In this document: positions 46,646-56,297 of the stretch, piece by piece
Numbering within the stretch: the stretch's first letter is position 1
How the letters are laid out: the number at the start of each line of letters is the position of its first letter
Assembly (NCBI GenBank): GCA_964434865.1
Contig: CAYSWV010000011.1
Location: forward strand, 14,611 to 78,610
Origin: an uncultured bacterium
GTDB lineage: Bacteria; Cyanobacteriota; Cyanobacteriia; Thermostichales; Thermostichaceae
Direction: 5' to 3'
DNA length: 64,000 nucleotides
The notes under the pieces: generated by a model
The model's database searches: none
The model's input: the letters and a program-made list of their open reading frames with translations, nothing else
What the model was told of the DNA's origin: nothing
Translations under genes and position numbers: made by a program

Positions 46646-47647
46646 ATGCTCAATATTCTCAGCACTCTTCATACAGCAGATAGCTACCGACTGACTTTAC
46701 TACTAGGGGTCTTTATCACGATTACCTATCGCAACATGTACGGCATTATTCCAGGCGGTTTGATTGTGCCAGGGAGCTTAGTTGTCCTACTTATCTTGTC
46801 TCCGGTCTGGTTTGTGACAGTGTTAGGACTATCCTTTATAGTTTATGGGATCTATCAGTATGGGTTCCGCAGCACTGACTATAAGCGTCGAACTCCTATG
46901 TATATTCTGGCTTGCCTCTCGCTAAGCCTTTCTAGTATTGTTGCCTTCTACTACAGCCGGTGGGGCTTGATGCCCTTTTCACTAGATAGCCAGGTAGGCA
47001 GTATTTTACCTGGGGTGATTGCTTTTAACCTGAGCAAGCAGAAAGTAGGCCGGAGCACCTACGCACTTGTAGTTTGTACAGGTCTTACCTTTATTTGTGT
47101 TCTGGGAATAGTAGGTTTTCTACATTACCTTGGGATCCAACAACCATTTGCTGCAGCAACCTCACCCCAGATCGTTTTACAGCTGAACTATCCCCTGATT
47201 CATTTTTTCTTAGCATTAGGTGTGGGCTATTTAATTTATCGACAACAGGATATACGTTCAGGCGGGTATATGGTAGCACCAGTTGTAGCCCTGGCCTTGC
47301 TGAACCCATTCACGGCACTTTACTTCTTATTAGGCTGTGGAATGGTTTATACTTTGGCGCAGCTCTATTGTGAATGGACACTCACTGTAGGGTTACGCCG
47401 TTATGTTGTTGTCCTCAGTTTAAGTACCCTTTACCTGTGGGGGACTGATCTAGCGCTACAATCTATTGATCCAACCCTGCCCGTACTGCAAGGGGGATCC
47501 TATATATTGAATATTGCCATGCTTTCCTATGTAAATGATGCTATCGTGTATCGCGATCGGCCTGTTTTGAAATATATGATACTTCTGACTGGAATTTCAA
47601 TGGTCGGCATTGTGGTTGTAGATATAGTCAGCTACTTACTGGTTTAA
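46646..47647 (+). CDS. PgsC/CapC-like membrane protein, about twice normal length (internal duplication or fusion)
   Basis: First half: YGIIPGGLIVPGSL, YKRR and ILPGVIAFNLSKQK, matching CapC GIVPAGLVVPGYL / YGRR / IVPGLIANTIQKQ. The second half carries a weaker echo (GGYMVAPVVALALL). Confidence 0.65.
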   Translation: MLNILSTLHTADSYRLTLLLGVFITITYRNMYGIIPGGLIVPGSLVVLLILSPVWFVTVLGLSFIVYGIYQYGFRSTDYKRRTPMYILACLSLSLSSIVAFYYSRWGLMPFSLDSQVGSILPGVIAFNLSKQKVGRSTYALVVCTGLTFICVLGIVGFLHYLGIQQPFAAATSPQIVLQLNYPLIHFFLALGVGYLIYRQQDIRSGGYMVAPVVALALLNPFTALYFLLGCGMVYTLAQLYCEWTLTVGLRRYVVVLSLSTLYLWGTDLALQSIDPTLPVLQGGSYILNIAMLSYVNDAIVYRDRPVLKYMILLTGISMVGIVVVDIVSYLLV

Positions 47648-47834
47648 CCTCTAAATCCGTAGCATGAAGTGCTGGGTTAGTTAATACTAGTATCCCGACG
47701 AAACGTTGATCCCCTAGATACCAAAGTCAATCTCAAATCTCCATCTTAAACGCAACCCCTGATCATCCAAACCTTCGATGGTGACCTTACCCTTCTGACC
47801 GCGAGATCCTCTCTGTGACTACTTTCTACAGGAA

Positions 47835-47907
47835 TGGAGCTTAGCGGATTCGAACCGCTGACCCCTTCAATGCCATTGAAGTGCTCTACCAACTGAGCTA
47901 AAACCCC
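47835..47907 (-). tRNA. tRNA-Ala (anticodon GGC)
   Basis: The reverse complement GGGGTTTTAGCTCAGTTGGTAGAGCACTTCAATGGCATTGAAGGGGTCAGCGGTTCGAATCCGCTAAGCTCCA folds as a cloverleaf. Anticodon loop is AT-GGC-AT. The G3:U70 alanine identity pair, the GTTCGAATC T-loop and discriminator A are all present. CCA is not encoded. Confidence 0.9.
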
Positions 47908-47943
47908 TCGACCTTTTAGTTTAGAAGCTAACAGTAATGAGTG

Positions 47944-48540
47944 TCAAGCCTTAGACCAGGCAACATAAGGTAATCGATCTGCAGTTTGGTGAATTTGATC
48001 CCTACTGGCTAGCAATTGACCACAAGCATCCCAAGTTCCAGATAGAAACATTTGCTGGGGCCCTGAAATCATCTGAACTTGAGAAATCGAACTTCCCCAT
48101 TGCAATGATAGGGTCGACAGATCTAGAGTTATAGACATTAGTGGATCAATCGTGATGGCCTCTTGAAGTTGATGAACTAGTTCAGGAGTAGCTGTGACAC
48201 AAGGGATCCCTAGAGCAACGCAATTCCCAAAAAAGATCTCCGCAAAACTTTCACCGACCATGGCCTGGATACCCCAGCGACTGAGGGCTTGTGGTGCATG
48301 TTCTCGACTGGATCCACACCCAAAGTTAGCGTTGACAACCAAGATAGATGCATCTTGAAATTGAGGCTGATCGAACGAATGACAGCCTTGGGATTGTTTA
48401 CGATCATCTAAAAAAACTTGCTCTCCCAAGCCATCAAATGTGACACATCGCAAAAAACGAGCTGGAATGATCCGATCGGTATCAATGTCATTTCCTTTTA
48501 AAGGGATACCTTGGCCATGAATCTTAACTATCTTACTCAT
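47944..48540 (-). CDS. leuD: 3-isopropylmalate dehydratase small subunit
   Basis: MSKIVKIHGQGIPLKGNDIDTDRIIPARFL and GCGSSREHAPQAL. Start trimmed to MSKIV. Confidence 0.9.
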   Translation of the reverse strand: MSKIVKIHGQGIPLKGNDIDTDRIIPARFLRCVTFDGLGEQVFLDDRKQSQGCHSFDQPQFQDASILVVNANFGCGSSREHAPQALSRWGIQAMVGESFAEIFFGNCVALGIPCVTATPELVHQLQEAITIDPLMSITLDLSTLSLQWGSSISQVQMISGPQQMFLSGTWDACGQLLASRDQIHQTADRLPYVAWSKA

Positions 48541-48663
48541 TGACTCCAATACCCCTGTTAGAGAAGGTCCATCGCACAGTATAGAATAACTCACCGAGCT
48601 AAGATCAAGCAATTGGCGTGAGTTGAGACTTCTCTAGGCTGTTACCCGATGAAGTAGTTATTT

Positions 48664-50583
48664 TCAAACTAGGATCTCTCCACTTTCTTGTAGAGCATGC
48701 AGACGACTATATAAACCTGGTTGTTGCAATAGATCAGTGTGGCTACCCATTTCTGCAATGCGACCTTGATCTAGCACCACAATTAGATCAGCATCTCGAA
48801 TGGTACTGAGGCGGTGAGCAATAATAATCGTTGTCCGTGTACCCAAGATGCCCTGCATGGCTTGTTGAATAGCTCGCTCAGATTCATAATCGAGGCTAGA
48901 GGTAGCTTCATCAAAAATCAGAATTTCAGGATCTTTGATCAAGGCTCTGGCAATGCCTAGACGTTGCTTTTGCCCACCAGACAGTCGGATCCCTCGTTCA
49001 CCTACCATCGTGGTGTAACCCTGCGGGAGATCCCGAACAAACTGATCAACCTGAGCGATTCGACAGGCAGCCTGCACTTGTTCAAAACTAGCCGCTGGGT
49101 CCCCATACACTAAATTTTCCAAGATCGTGCCATTAAACAGATCAACATCTTGATGCACAATAGCCAGGCGTTGTCGAAACTCGGCGACATCAAGGGTCTG
49201 GATATTTTGGCCATTTAATAAAATTTGGCCTGCTTGGGGTTCAAAATAGCGAAACAAGAGCTTCACTAACGTTGACTTTCCTGATCCTGACCGCCCCACT
49301 AAAGCAACGGTTTGCCGGGGTTTGATCATGAGATTGAACTCTTGTAAAACAGGCCGGTTGGTATGATAGCCAAAGGTAACCCAACGAAATTCAAGTTGGC
49401 TAGCAATGGTAGGTTGCTGAACGGTTGTTTGTGCACCTCTCCAGGCGTTCTCTCCCAACGAGACAGCATCGGCGCCAGCTGGCAATTTCAAAAACTCGTC
49501 TAGTCGGGCCATTGCTGCATATCGCCGGGCAAAGTACTCCGCAAACGTGCCAATGGGGATCACCTCTGTAAAGGCCATACCCGAAACCGTTAAAACCATC
49601 ACAAAGTGCCCTAGGGAGATCACCCCTCTTAAGGTGGCCACTAGAGCAAACAGTAAGATCAAAAAGGTACAACCTTGAACTACAGTAGTTCGCAGCACAT
49701 TCAGTTTCACATAGCCATGATGGATACGATAGTTCAAAATCTTAAATTCTCGATTCAATCGCTCCTGCTGCCGTTTTAACTCGCGGGATTCGGTGGCAAA
49801 GGCTTTGATGGTTTTAATGTTAGTAATGATTTCAGAGGTTCGGCTGCTAGTTTCCTCGCCGTAGTCTTCTAACTGTTTTTCCCATCGGCTCAGCTTGCGC
49901 AACTGTTGTAAGCTCAACCCCAAAATCATGGTGAAGGAAATCAAAAAGACAATGCCAATCCGCCATTCAGTCACCAGGATCATGCTAAAGATCGCCATTA
50001 CTCGCACTAGCTTCGGGATCATCTGCCCTACAATTTGGGGAAAAGTCCACGTATGGTTGGAAATACCTCGTGCGACTAAAGCAGCGATGCGGCCTGAATT
50101 ATTTTCATCAAAGTAATCGAGAGGCAAGGTCAAGAGCTTCATATGAGCTTCAGTATAATGATCTCGCTTAGCTCGATGTGAAATATCCCAGTGCATCCAG
50201 TGAGTTAACCACGGTTGAATTGGAGCTTTGAGCACAGTCACGATAAAAACCGTTCCCATTAAGACTGCTAGCGTTAAAGCCGATCCTTGTGGCCACTCTA
50301 CCCTGGCTGCTAGGGGCGTCACGATAGATTGAACTAAGGGATCAGGGGGATGTTGGGAGAGCACATTGAGAATTTGACCAATAGCATAGGGAACCACAAG
50401 ATCAATAATTTCAAACAGGCTGCTAGCTACTAGCGTAAACAGCGAAGGGGTCCAATAGCGACGATAGTAAGCCAGAATATCTTGTAAAGTAGCCATAATG
50501 GGATCGAGTGATGCAAAGCGCCACGGTTTTAACATATCCGTGATGTCAGCGACATCAGGTGTTTTAGATTGGGTTGAATCCAA
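48664..50583 (-). CDS. ABCB-type exporter (fused 6-TM permease plus ATPase, MsbA-like)
   Basis: GRSGSGKST, LSGGQKQRLGIARAL and ILIFDEATSSLD, with an N-terminal TMD. TTG start; an alternative ATG lies at 50535. Confidence 0.85.
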   Translation of the reverse strand: MDSTQSKTPDVADITDMLKPWRFASLDPIMATLQDILAYYRRYWTPSLFTLVASSLFEIIDLVVPYAIGQILNVLSQHPPDPLVQSIVTPLAARVEWPQGSALTLAVLMGTVFIVTVLKAPIQPWLTHWMHWDISHRAKRDHYTEAHMKLLTLPLDYFDENNSGRIAALVARGISNHTWTFPQIVGQMIPKLVRVMAIFSMILVTEWRIGIVFLISFTMILGLSLQQLRKLSRWEKQLEDYGEETSSRTSEIITNIKTIKAFATESRELKRQQERLNREFKILNYRIHHGYVKLNVLRTTVVQGCTFLILLFALVATLRGVISLGHFVMVLTVSGMAFTEVIPIGTFAEYFARRYAAMARLDEFLKLPAGADAVSLGENAWRGAQTTVQQPTIASQLEFRWVTFGYHTNRPVLQEFNLMIKPRQTVALVGRSGSGKSTLVKLLFRYFEPQAGQILLNGQNIQTLDVAEFRQRLAIVHQDVDLFNGTILENLVYGDPAASFEQVQAACRIAQVDQFVRDLPQGYTTMVGERGIRLSGGQKQRLGIARALIKDPEILIFDEATSSLDYESERAIQQAMQGILGTRTTIIIAHRLSTIRDADLIVVLDQGRIAEMGSHTDLLQQPGLYSRLHALQESGEILV

Positions 50584-50638
50584 TGGGCTACCATTAAATC
50601 AATAGCAGCCTTTAGCCTTCAACCTTGAATTGAGCGAT

Positions 50639-51853
50639 TTAGTCTAAGATCCGAGCATCTTGACTGACCTGAAACTCTCGATCTCGCCACTGGATCGTAT
50701 TGTTGCTGTAGGCTCCTATGATTGCCGACAGTTGTTGGAGATCCAGCTGGAATAGCCACACGAGATCACGAATCGGGCCTCCCCGTTGCCAATAAGCCAA
50801 CCCATTTAAACCCCAGCCCAGAACCCCAGTACTTAGGAGAGCTAGCCCCCCTAAAGGGAATCCTAGGCTCCACCAGACGCCCCCCATCAAGCACCAAAAT
50901 GTACCATTCCAGATCAACAAATTGAGCGGCCCCAAAGGATGGAGAAATCGGATGAGTCGGGCCCACCGCAACAACTGACTCCAAGCCTCTGCTACAGTCC
51001 AGGTGCCTAAGGAAATCTCAATTAGATCAGGAATAATAGCCCCCTGCCAGCCAAAAGGACTGAGTAGTTTACCCGTCAAGCCATCGGCAGCTAGATACTG
51101 ACTAAGTTCAGCAAACCCACCCATATCGCGCAAGGCTTGGCGCCGAAACACCATCCACTTCCCCATAATAGGAGCTACGCCGACTAGCTGGTATATCCCA
51201 CAGATCCATGACACCAGTTGAATCCCGATATGGAGTGATCTCAGCTTGGCACCTACCGTCTGGGAGCCTCTAACGACAAAGGGAGCACACCCATAACCCA
51301 CGCTAGGTTGTTTAAAGGCTTGGACTAATCGGCACAAACTATCCGGATGAGGTCGGGTATTGGCATCACTGATCAGCACTAACTCACCCCGAATTCGAGG
51401 TTCAAGGCCCATCAGATTGATCATTTTTGGATTGCGACCTGGGATGGCCTCAGTGAAAAATAGGGAAAAGGGAGCTTGGGGATGATCAGCTATTAATTGT
51501 TCCACCACTGCAACGGCAGGATCAGTGGGATCGGCAATACCAAACAGCACTTCATAGCTAGGCCCCTGCAAATCAACAAAAGCTCGTAAGTTACGATCTA
51601 GCTCGTGCTCCAGGCCTTTGAGTGGCTTTAAAATAGTGACCCTAGGCTTTTGCTCAAGATGATGATCAGAACTTTCATAGACCCGCTGAGGTGATCTTAA
51701 AAACTGCCAGGTGACGGCAATCAGAGTGATTAAAGTAAGACTGACAAGGCCAGCTAGAATCATCCCGATCCAATCGCCTAGGGTGATCTCTGTAGCTGAT
51801 CTCGATGTGACTTCAAGACTGTTGATGATCATATTGAAGACCTGCCTGACCAT
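50639..51853 (-). CDS. GT21/GT2 glycosyltransferase, ceramide-glucosyltransferase/HpnI-like
   Basis: VTILKPLKGLEHELDRNL, ISDAN and QLLRWAR (Q/RxxRW), plus an N-terminal TM and C-terminal TM helices. Confidence 0.65.
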   Translation of the reverse strand: MVRQVFNMIINSLEVTSRSATEITLGDWIGMILAGLVSLTLITLIAVTWQFLRSPQRVYESSDHHLEQKPRVTILKPLKGLEHELDRNLRAFVDLQGPSYEVLFGIADPTDPAVAVVEQLIADHPQAPFSLFFTEAIPGRNPKMINLMGLEPRIRGELVLISDANTRPHPDSLCRLVQAFKQPSVGYGCAPFVVRGSQTVGAKLRSLHIGIQLVSWICGIYQLVGVAPIMGKWMVFRRQALRDMGGFAELSQYLAADGLTGKLLSPFGWQGAIIPDLIEISLGTWTVAEAWSQLLRWARLIRFLHPLGPLNLLIWNGTFWCLMGGVWWSLGFPLGGLALLSTGVLGWGLNGLAYWQRGGPIRDLVWLFQLDLQQLSAIIGAYSNNTIQWRDREFQVSQDARILD

Positions 51854-51868
51854 GCTAGATTGATGAGC

Positions 51869-51925
51869 AAATTATTGACCAATTATTGAGTGACCAATTA
51901 TTGAGTGACTAATTATTGAGTGACA
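51869..51925. repeat. 15-bp tandem direct repeat (3 full copies plus a partial) in a divergent promoter region
   Basis: aaattattgacc / aattattgagtgacc / aattattgagtgact / aattattgagtgaca, between the starts at 51853 (-) and 51973 (+). Confidence 0.85.
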
Positions 51926-51972
51926 ATGGGGTAAGTAACTATAGATGCAATAAACACTAAATCCCCAGTGCT

Positions 51973-52917
51973 ATGTCTTTGATCCAGCCTACTCCTGTTG
52001 AGTCTAAGATTCTGTTGAGAGCCTTATTGACTGTGGTTCAAAGCAGAACAGCTCTCTCATTAATTCAAGCAGCACAACGGCTCTGGCTAAACACGGATTA
52101 TAACCTTGAGACTCTGGATCCGATTTCTCCAGCTACATTGGCGGCCCGGCTGACTCATTCAGAACTGCGGGTGTATTTGATCCAAGCGATGGTGGTGCTG
52201 GTTATTCTCGATGATCAACCCGACTGGCAGATCTACAAACAGGTTCAACATTATTGTCAAGCCTTGCAGATCTCAGAGAGCTACTTGCGTCCGCTTTGGT
52301 TATGGTGTGCTCAGCTTCATAGCCTCCTAGCCTTAGAGGTATATAGCCGTTGCTTTGTGATTGAAAAATATGGGTATGAATGGCAACAACGGGGCTGGGG
52401 GTGGCTATTGCAGGGTGCCCTACAGTATTTAGGTCTTTGGCCCGATCCCGAGCTGGCCCGTCGCTATCATCAACTTCAATATCTACCTCAGACGACTCTA
52501 GGATACTGTTACTGGGCCTTTTGTACTCAACGTCATTATGCGTTTCCAGGAGAGCCAGGTGGCTTACATGAGGGCTTATCGTTTCATGACATGACTCATG
52601 TCCTCGCCCACTATGACACCAGTGCACTGGGAGAGTTACAAGCTTTTGCCCTCACGGCAGGTTACAAACAATCGGGTGATCCCGTGGCGTCTCTGTTGTT
52701 TATTCTGCTGCAACAACACTTAGGTATTCAGGTAGGGTTTCTCTCCCAGGCTCAGCGGGGTGCCCTCAATCAACCTCAAGCTCCAGAGTTATTGATTCAG
52801 GCTTTACTGATGGGCGCTACCATGACTGTCGATCTCTCAGAAAACTGGGATCCATGGCCCGTGATGGATCAATCTATTGAAGCTTTGCGTTCTACCTACA
52901 ACCTTAAATTGAATTGA
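51973..52917 (+). CDS. Hypothetical protein
   Basis: 314-aa ORF with a His-rich patch HEGLSFHDMTHVLAHYD. No family recognised. Confidence 0.4.
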   Translation: MSLIQPTPVESKILLRALLTVVQSRTALSLIQAAQRLWLNTDYNLETLDPISPATLAARLTHSELRVYLIQAMVVLVILDDQPDWQIYKQVQHYCQALQISESYLRPLWLWCAQLHSLLALEVYSRCFVIEKYGYEWQQRGWGWLLQGALQYLGLWPDPELARRYHQLQYLPQTTLGYCYWAFCTQRHYAFPGEPGGLHEGLSFHDMTHVLAHYDTSALGELQAFALTAGYKQSGDPVASLLFILLQQHLGIQVGFLSQAQRGALNQPQAPELLIQALLMGATMTVDLSENWDPWPVMDQSIEALRSTYNLKLN

Positions 52918-52954
52918 AATATCCTGTGAACTCACGGACATAGGTCTGGGTGAA

Positions 52955-54430
52955 TTAGGGATCCCAATAAGTTTTGATCAGTGGCTGAGGTACACCGCGA
53001 CCCTCTCCAGCTTGCCCTTCCTCTAGATAGGCAGCATCCTGATTCACTTGCCACAGATCATACTTATACTCGCCAGCTAATAGATTACGAGCTGCCAGCA
53101 ATCCTGTCATCATGGCATGATCTTGGTTATTGTAGCGATGCATGCCATTACGACCTATCAATTGTAAATTTGGAATATGCTCTGCCAGATACGTTCGGAC
53201 ACGGTTGACATGCTGCTGATACTGGTGATCATACACAGGATAAGCCTTGGGCACGCGGACGACCGTTCCATCAATGACCCGAGCCGTACCTGCTAATCCC
53301 AAGAGGCCTAATTCATGAGTTGCTAACTCAATTAAGTCTGCATCGGGGCAATTCCACAGCTGATTGGAGGTGAAACAGAAGTACTCCAGGCCTAAACATG
53401 TTGTTTCAGGAATCGGGACTAGATCAAGACTCCAGTTCTTGAAATTTTGAATGCGGCCAACTTGTACAGAAGCATCATGAATATAAATCCAATTATCAGG
53501 AAATAAATGAGGTTGATCTAAAATAAGAGCGACAGTCAAAAAATCTCGATAGGTTAACCGGTTGGCAGCCTCGATCACAAAATCAGGAGGAGCTGGCTGT
53601 AAACCTGAAACCAGGGCTTGAATGGGCATTGAGGAAATCACCTGATCGGTCCCATAGACCTGCTCTTGGCCTTGGCTTGATCGAGTTTGGATGGCAAAGA
53701 TCCCCGTTGAGTTCCAACGTAGACTCACCGCTTTATGATCCATTAGGACTGAACTTTTGGCTGCTTCAATAGAGTCTCGCACGTGTTCCCACATCTGCCC
53801 TGGACCGAGGCGAGGATAGCGAAATTGGTCAATTAAGGTTTTGATAACTTGATCACCCCGCCGTTTTTGGGGCAGTAAAGTTTGGCGAATCAGCGACACC
53901 ATGGATAAGCCTTTAATCCGTTGGGCGGCCCAATCAGCACTGATTTGATCACATGGGATACCCCACACTTTTTCAGTATAGGTTTTAAAAAAAGTTTGAA
54001 ACAACCGTTCACCAAATTGATTGATCACCCAGTCTTCAAAGGAAACCACAGGCCGCCGCGGCATTAATCGAGCTTGCAAGTAGCTTAAAACACAAAGGCT
54101 AGTGTAAGGTAGCCCCAGTTTGGCAAACACATCAAGCGGTCGGATGGGATAATCAAAAAAGGTGTGACGGTAGTAAATTCTAGATAGACGTTGACAAGTC
54201 AGCATTTCAGCACCCAGCCAATCAGTCCACAATTGCTCAATTTCAGCTGACTTTGAAAAGAACCGATGGCCCCCAATATCAAAGCGATAGCCCTTGTAGG
54301 TCACCGTCCGAGAAATGCCCCCCACCCAGATTGGATCTTGCTCTAATACCATGACAGGCCAGCCGTGTTGGGTCAGTTCGTAAGCCGCTGTCAGTCCGGC
54401 AGGTCCAGCTCCGATAATTAAAGTTGACAT
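52955..54430 (-). CDS. FAD/NAD(P)-dependent oxidoreductase (amine-oxidase / UDP-galactopyranose-mutase-like fold)
   Basis: N-terminal MSTLIIGAGPAGLTAAYEL...VLE dinucleotide-binding motif; 491 aa. Confidence 0.7.
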   Translation of the reverse strand: MSTLIIGAGPAGLTAAYELTQHGWPVMVLEQDPIWVGGISRTVTYKGYRFDIGGHRFFSKSAEIEQLWTDWLGAEMLTCQRLSRIYYRHTFFDYPIRPLDVFAKLGLPYTSLCVLSYLQARLMPRRPVVSFEDWVINQFGERLFQTFFKTYTEKVWGIPCDQISADWAAQRIKGLSMVSLIRQTLLPQKRRGDQVIKTLIDQFRYPRLGPGQMWEHVRDSIEAAKSSVLMDHKAVSLRWNSTGIFAIQTRSSQGQEQVYGTDQVISSMPIQALVSGLQPAPPDFVIEAANRLTYRDFLTVALILDQPHLFPDNWIYIHDASVQVGRIQNFKNWSLDLVPIPETTCLGLEYFCFTSNQLWNCPDADLIELATHELGLLGLAGTARVIDGTVVRVPKAYPVYDHQYQQHVNRVRTYLAEHIPNLQLIGRNGMHRYNNQDHAMMTGLLAARNLLAGEYKYDLWQVNQDAAYLEEGQAGEGRGVPQPLIKTYWDP

Positions 54431-54485
54431 TTCATCTCAAGTGACGGTCGCTTACAAATTTTAGCGGAAAGCTGTCATTTTAAGG

Positions 54486-55007
54486 CTAGCCACCCCAACT
54501 GCGATGGATTAATCTCATGGCTGTGCTGATCACAAGTAGTGTTAAAGCTATTGCACTCAGTAAGATCAAGAGTAAGCCACCCAAAAGGATCATGATAAAA
54601 GCCAAGTCAGCTTTGTGAGCAGCTTCAGGGGAGTCTAGCAATTGTCGTTCTAGCAAGGCTAGATTTTTGAGATTAGCTTTCCAGGCCACATCAAAGAGAT
54701 CACCTAAAACAGGCACAACACCAACCAGAGTCTCAATAATAACGTTAAGTCCCATTCTTAAAAGAGACGCTTTAGAAGCTCCCAAGAGGGCTGCTTGCCA
54801 GATCAAATATAAAGAGAGTATCCCTCCCAAGATATCTCCTCCACCTGGAACTAATCCCAAAAGTGGATCTAAGCCCAACCGATAATTCGTGCCTGGGATG
54901 GGAATAGCATTATCGAGAAGCTGACTAAGCCAACGGAGTCGAGCCAACAGCTGAGTATTGGCTGCAGACGATAGGGTGGCAGATTGAGCGTGGGGTGGAT
55001 CTGTCAT
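54486..55007 (-). CDS. DUF4112-like small membrane protein
   Basis: GLDPLLGLVPGGGDILG motif plus TM helices. Confidence 0.55.
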   Translation of the reverse strand: MTDPPHAQSATLSSAANTQLLARLRWLSQLLDNAIPIPGTNYRLGLDPLLGLVPGGGDILGGILSLYLIWQAALLGASKASLLRMGLNVIIETLVGVVPVLGDLFDVAWKANLKNLALLERQLLDSPEAAHKADLAFIMILLGGLLLILLSAIALTLLVISTAMRLIHRSWGG

Positions 55008-55084
55008 GGTGATGAGGCGGTTTAGGTCTCTGACTTTTTAGATGACTTTTTAGATCTCTGGCTGTAGCTTGAATCTCACTTCAC

Positions 55085-56158
55085 CTAGGCTGGTACTTTA
55101 AAAAATTGATAAAGCTGATCAGGGGCTAATCGAACCTTACTGCCCACAGGTAGCTTGACTGGACTCCGCGCATGCAACTCACGTCCCGAGGCGGCTATCA
55201 AACAGTAGCGGTACTCACGCCCCAGAAATTGGCATTGCCGAACCATAACGGGACCATCAGGATCAGGTTGAATCACTAGATCTTCTTGGCGAATCATAAG
55301 CTCTCCTCGATCACTATTCCCATGATCACCAGCTTCACTATCGCCTAATAGAGTAAAGGATCCAACCTCAGTTTGCCAGTGCAGCCCCTGGCGTTGGGCG
55401 GGCACAAAGTTTGCCTGAGTCACAAATTCAGCCACAAACCGAGACCGGGGATGATAGTAAATCTCCTCAGGTGGACCGAATTGCTCGATCTGCCCCTGAT
55501 GCATCACAGCAACCCAATCTGAAATCGCTAAGGCTTCTTGCTGATCATGGGTTACAAAAATAGCCGTTGTTTGAGTTTCTTTTAAAATGCTACGAATTTC
55601 ATCTCGTAAATAATGTCGGACTTGGACATCTAAGTTGCTCAAAGGTTCATCCAACAGAATCAGTGAAGGCTGGGGTGCCAGGGCTCTGGCCAAGGCTACA
55701 CGTTGCTGTTGCCCACCCGATAGCTCATGGGGGTACCGATCCTGCAGTCCCTGTAAATCAACTAAGGCAAGGACAGCCAGGGCCCGCTGGTAGCATTCAT
55801 CTTGATGATGTTTTGTTTTTTTTCTACCTTGCTTCAACCCAAACAAGATGTTGTCAAGAACACTTAAATGGGGAAATAATGCATAATCTTGAAAGACGAG
55901 ACCAATCCCCCGCTGCTCAGGTGGCACCCAAACCCCTGGACCACTCACGCGTTGCCCCTGCAGCACAATAGTGCCCGTCTTAGGTGTTTCAAAGCCAGCG
56001 ATCACTCGAAGTAAGGTTGTCTTACCGCAACCAGATGGACCTAAGATGCCTAGTAGATCTCCTTTATTGAGATCCAACGTCACATGAGCTAAAGCCGGGA
56101 CCTGAGAGCGGGGAAATTGTTTCCCAATCTGGTGGAGTGAGAGCACAGGTTGCTGCAT
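55085..56158 (-). CDS. Orphan ABC importer-type ATP-binding protein (FbpC/CysA-like)
   Basis: GPSGCGKTT, LSGGQQQRVALARAL, LILLDEPLS and VTHDQ. There is no adjacent permease or SBP. Confidence 0.85.
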   Translation of the reverse strand: MQQPVLSLHQIGKQFPRSQVPALAHVTLDLNKGDLLGILGPSGCGKTTLLRVIAGFETPKTGTIVLQGQRVSGPGVWVPPEQRGIGLVFQDYALFPHLSVLDNILFGLKQGRKKTKHHQDECYQRALAVLALVDLQGLQDRYPHELSGGQQQRVALARALAPQPSLILLDEPLSNLDVQVRHYLRDEIRSILKETQTTAIFVTHDQQEALAISDWVAVMHQGQIEQFGPPEEIYYHPRSRFVAEFVTQANFVPAQRQGLHWQTEVGSFTLLGDSEAGDHGNSDRGELMIRQEDLVIQPDPDGPVMVRQCQFLGREYRYCLIAASGRELHARSPVKLPVGSKVRLAPDQLYQFFKVPA

Positions 56159-56297
56159 GAACAAAACTATCCCACTTAACTAAAAATGAGTGTCATCTAG
56201 GTAGTCTTGATCATAGTCTAAAAGTCAGATACTCCTGTAGCCTTTCTCACAAGCAATTTAGATCGCTCATTTGGCACAGTAGTGCTGTTATCTTGGG

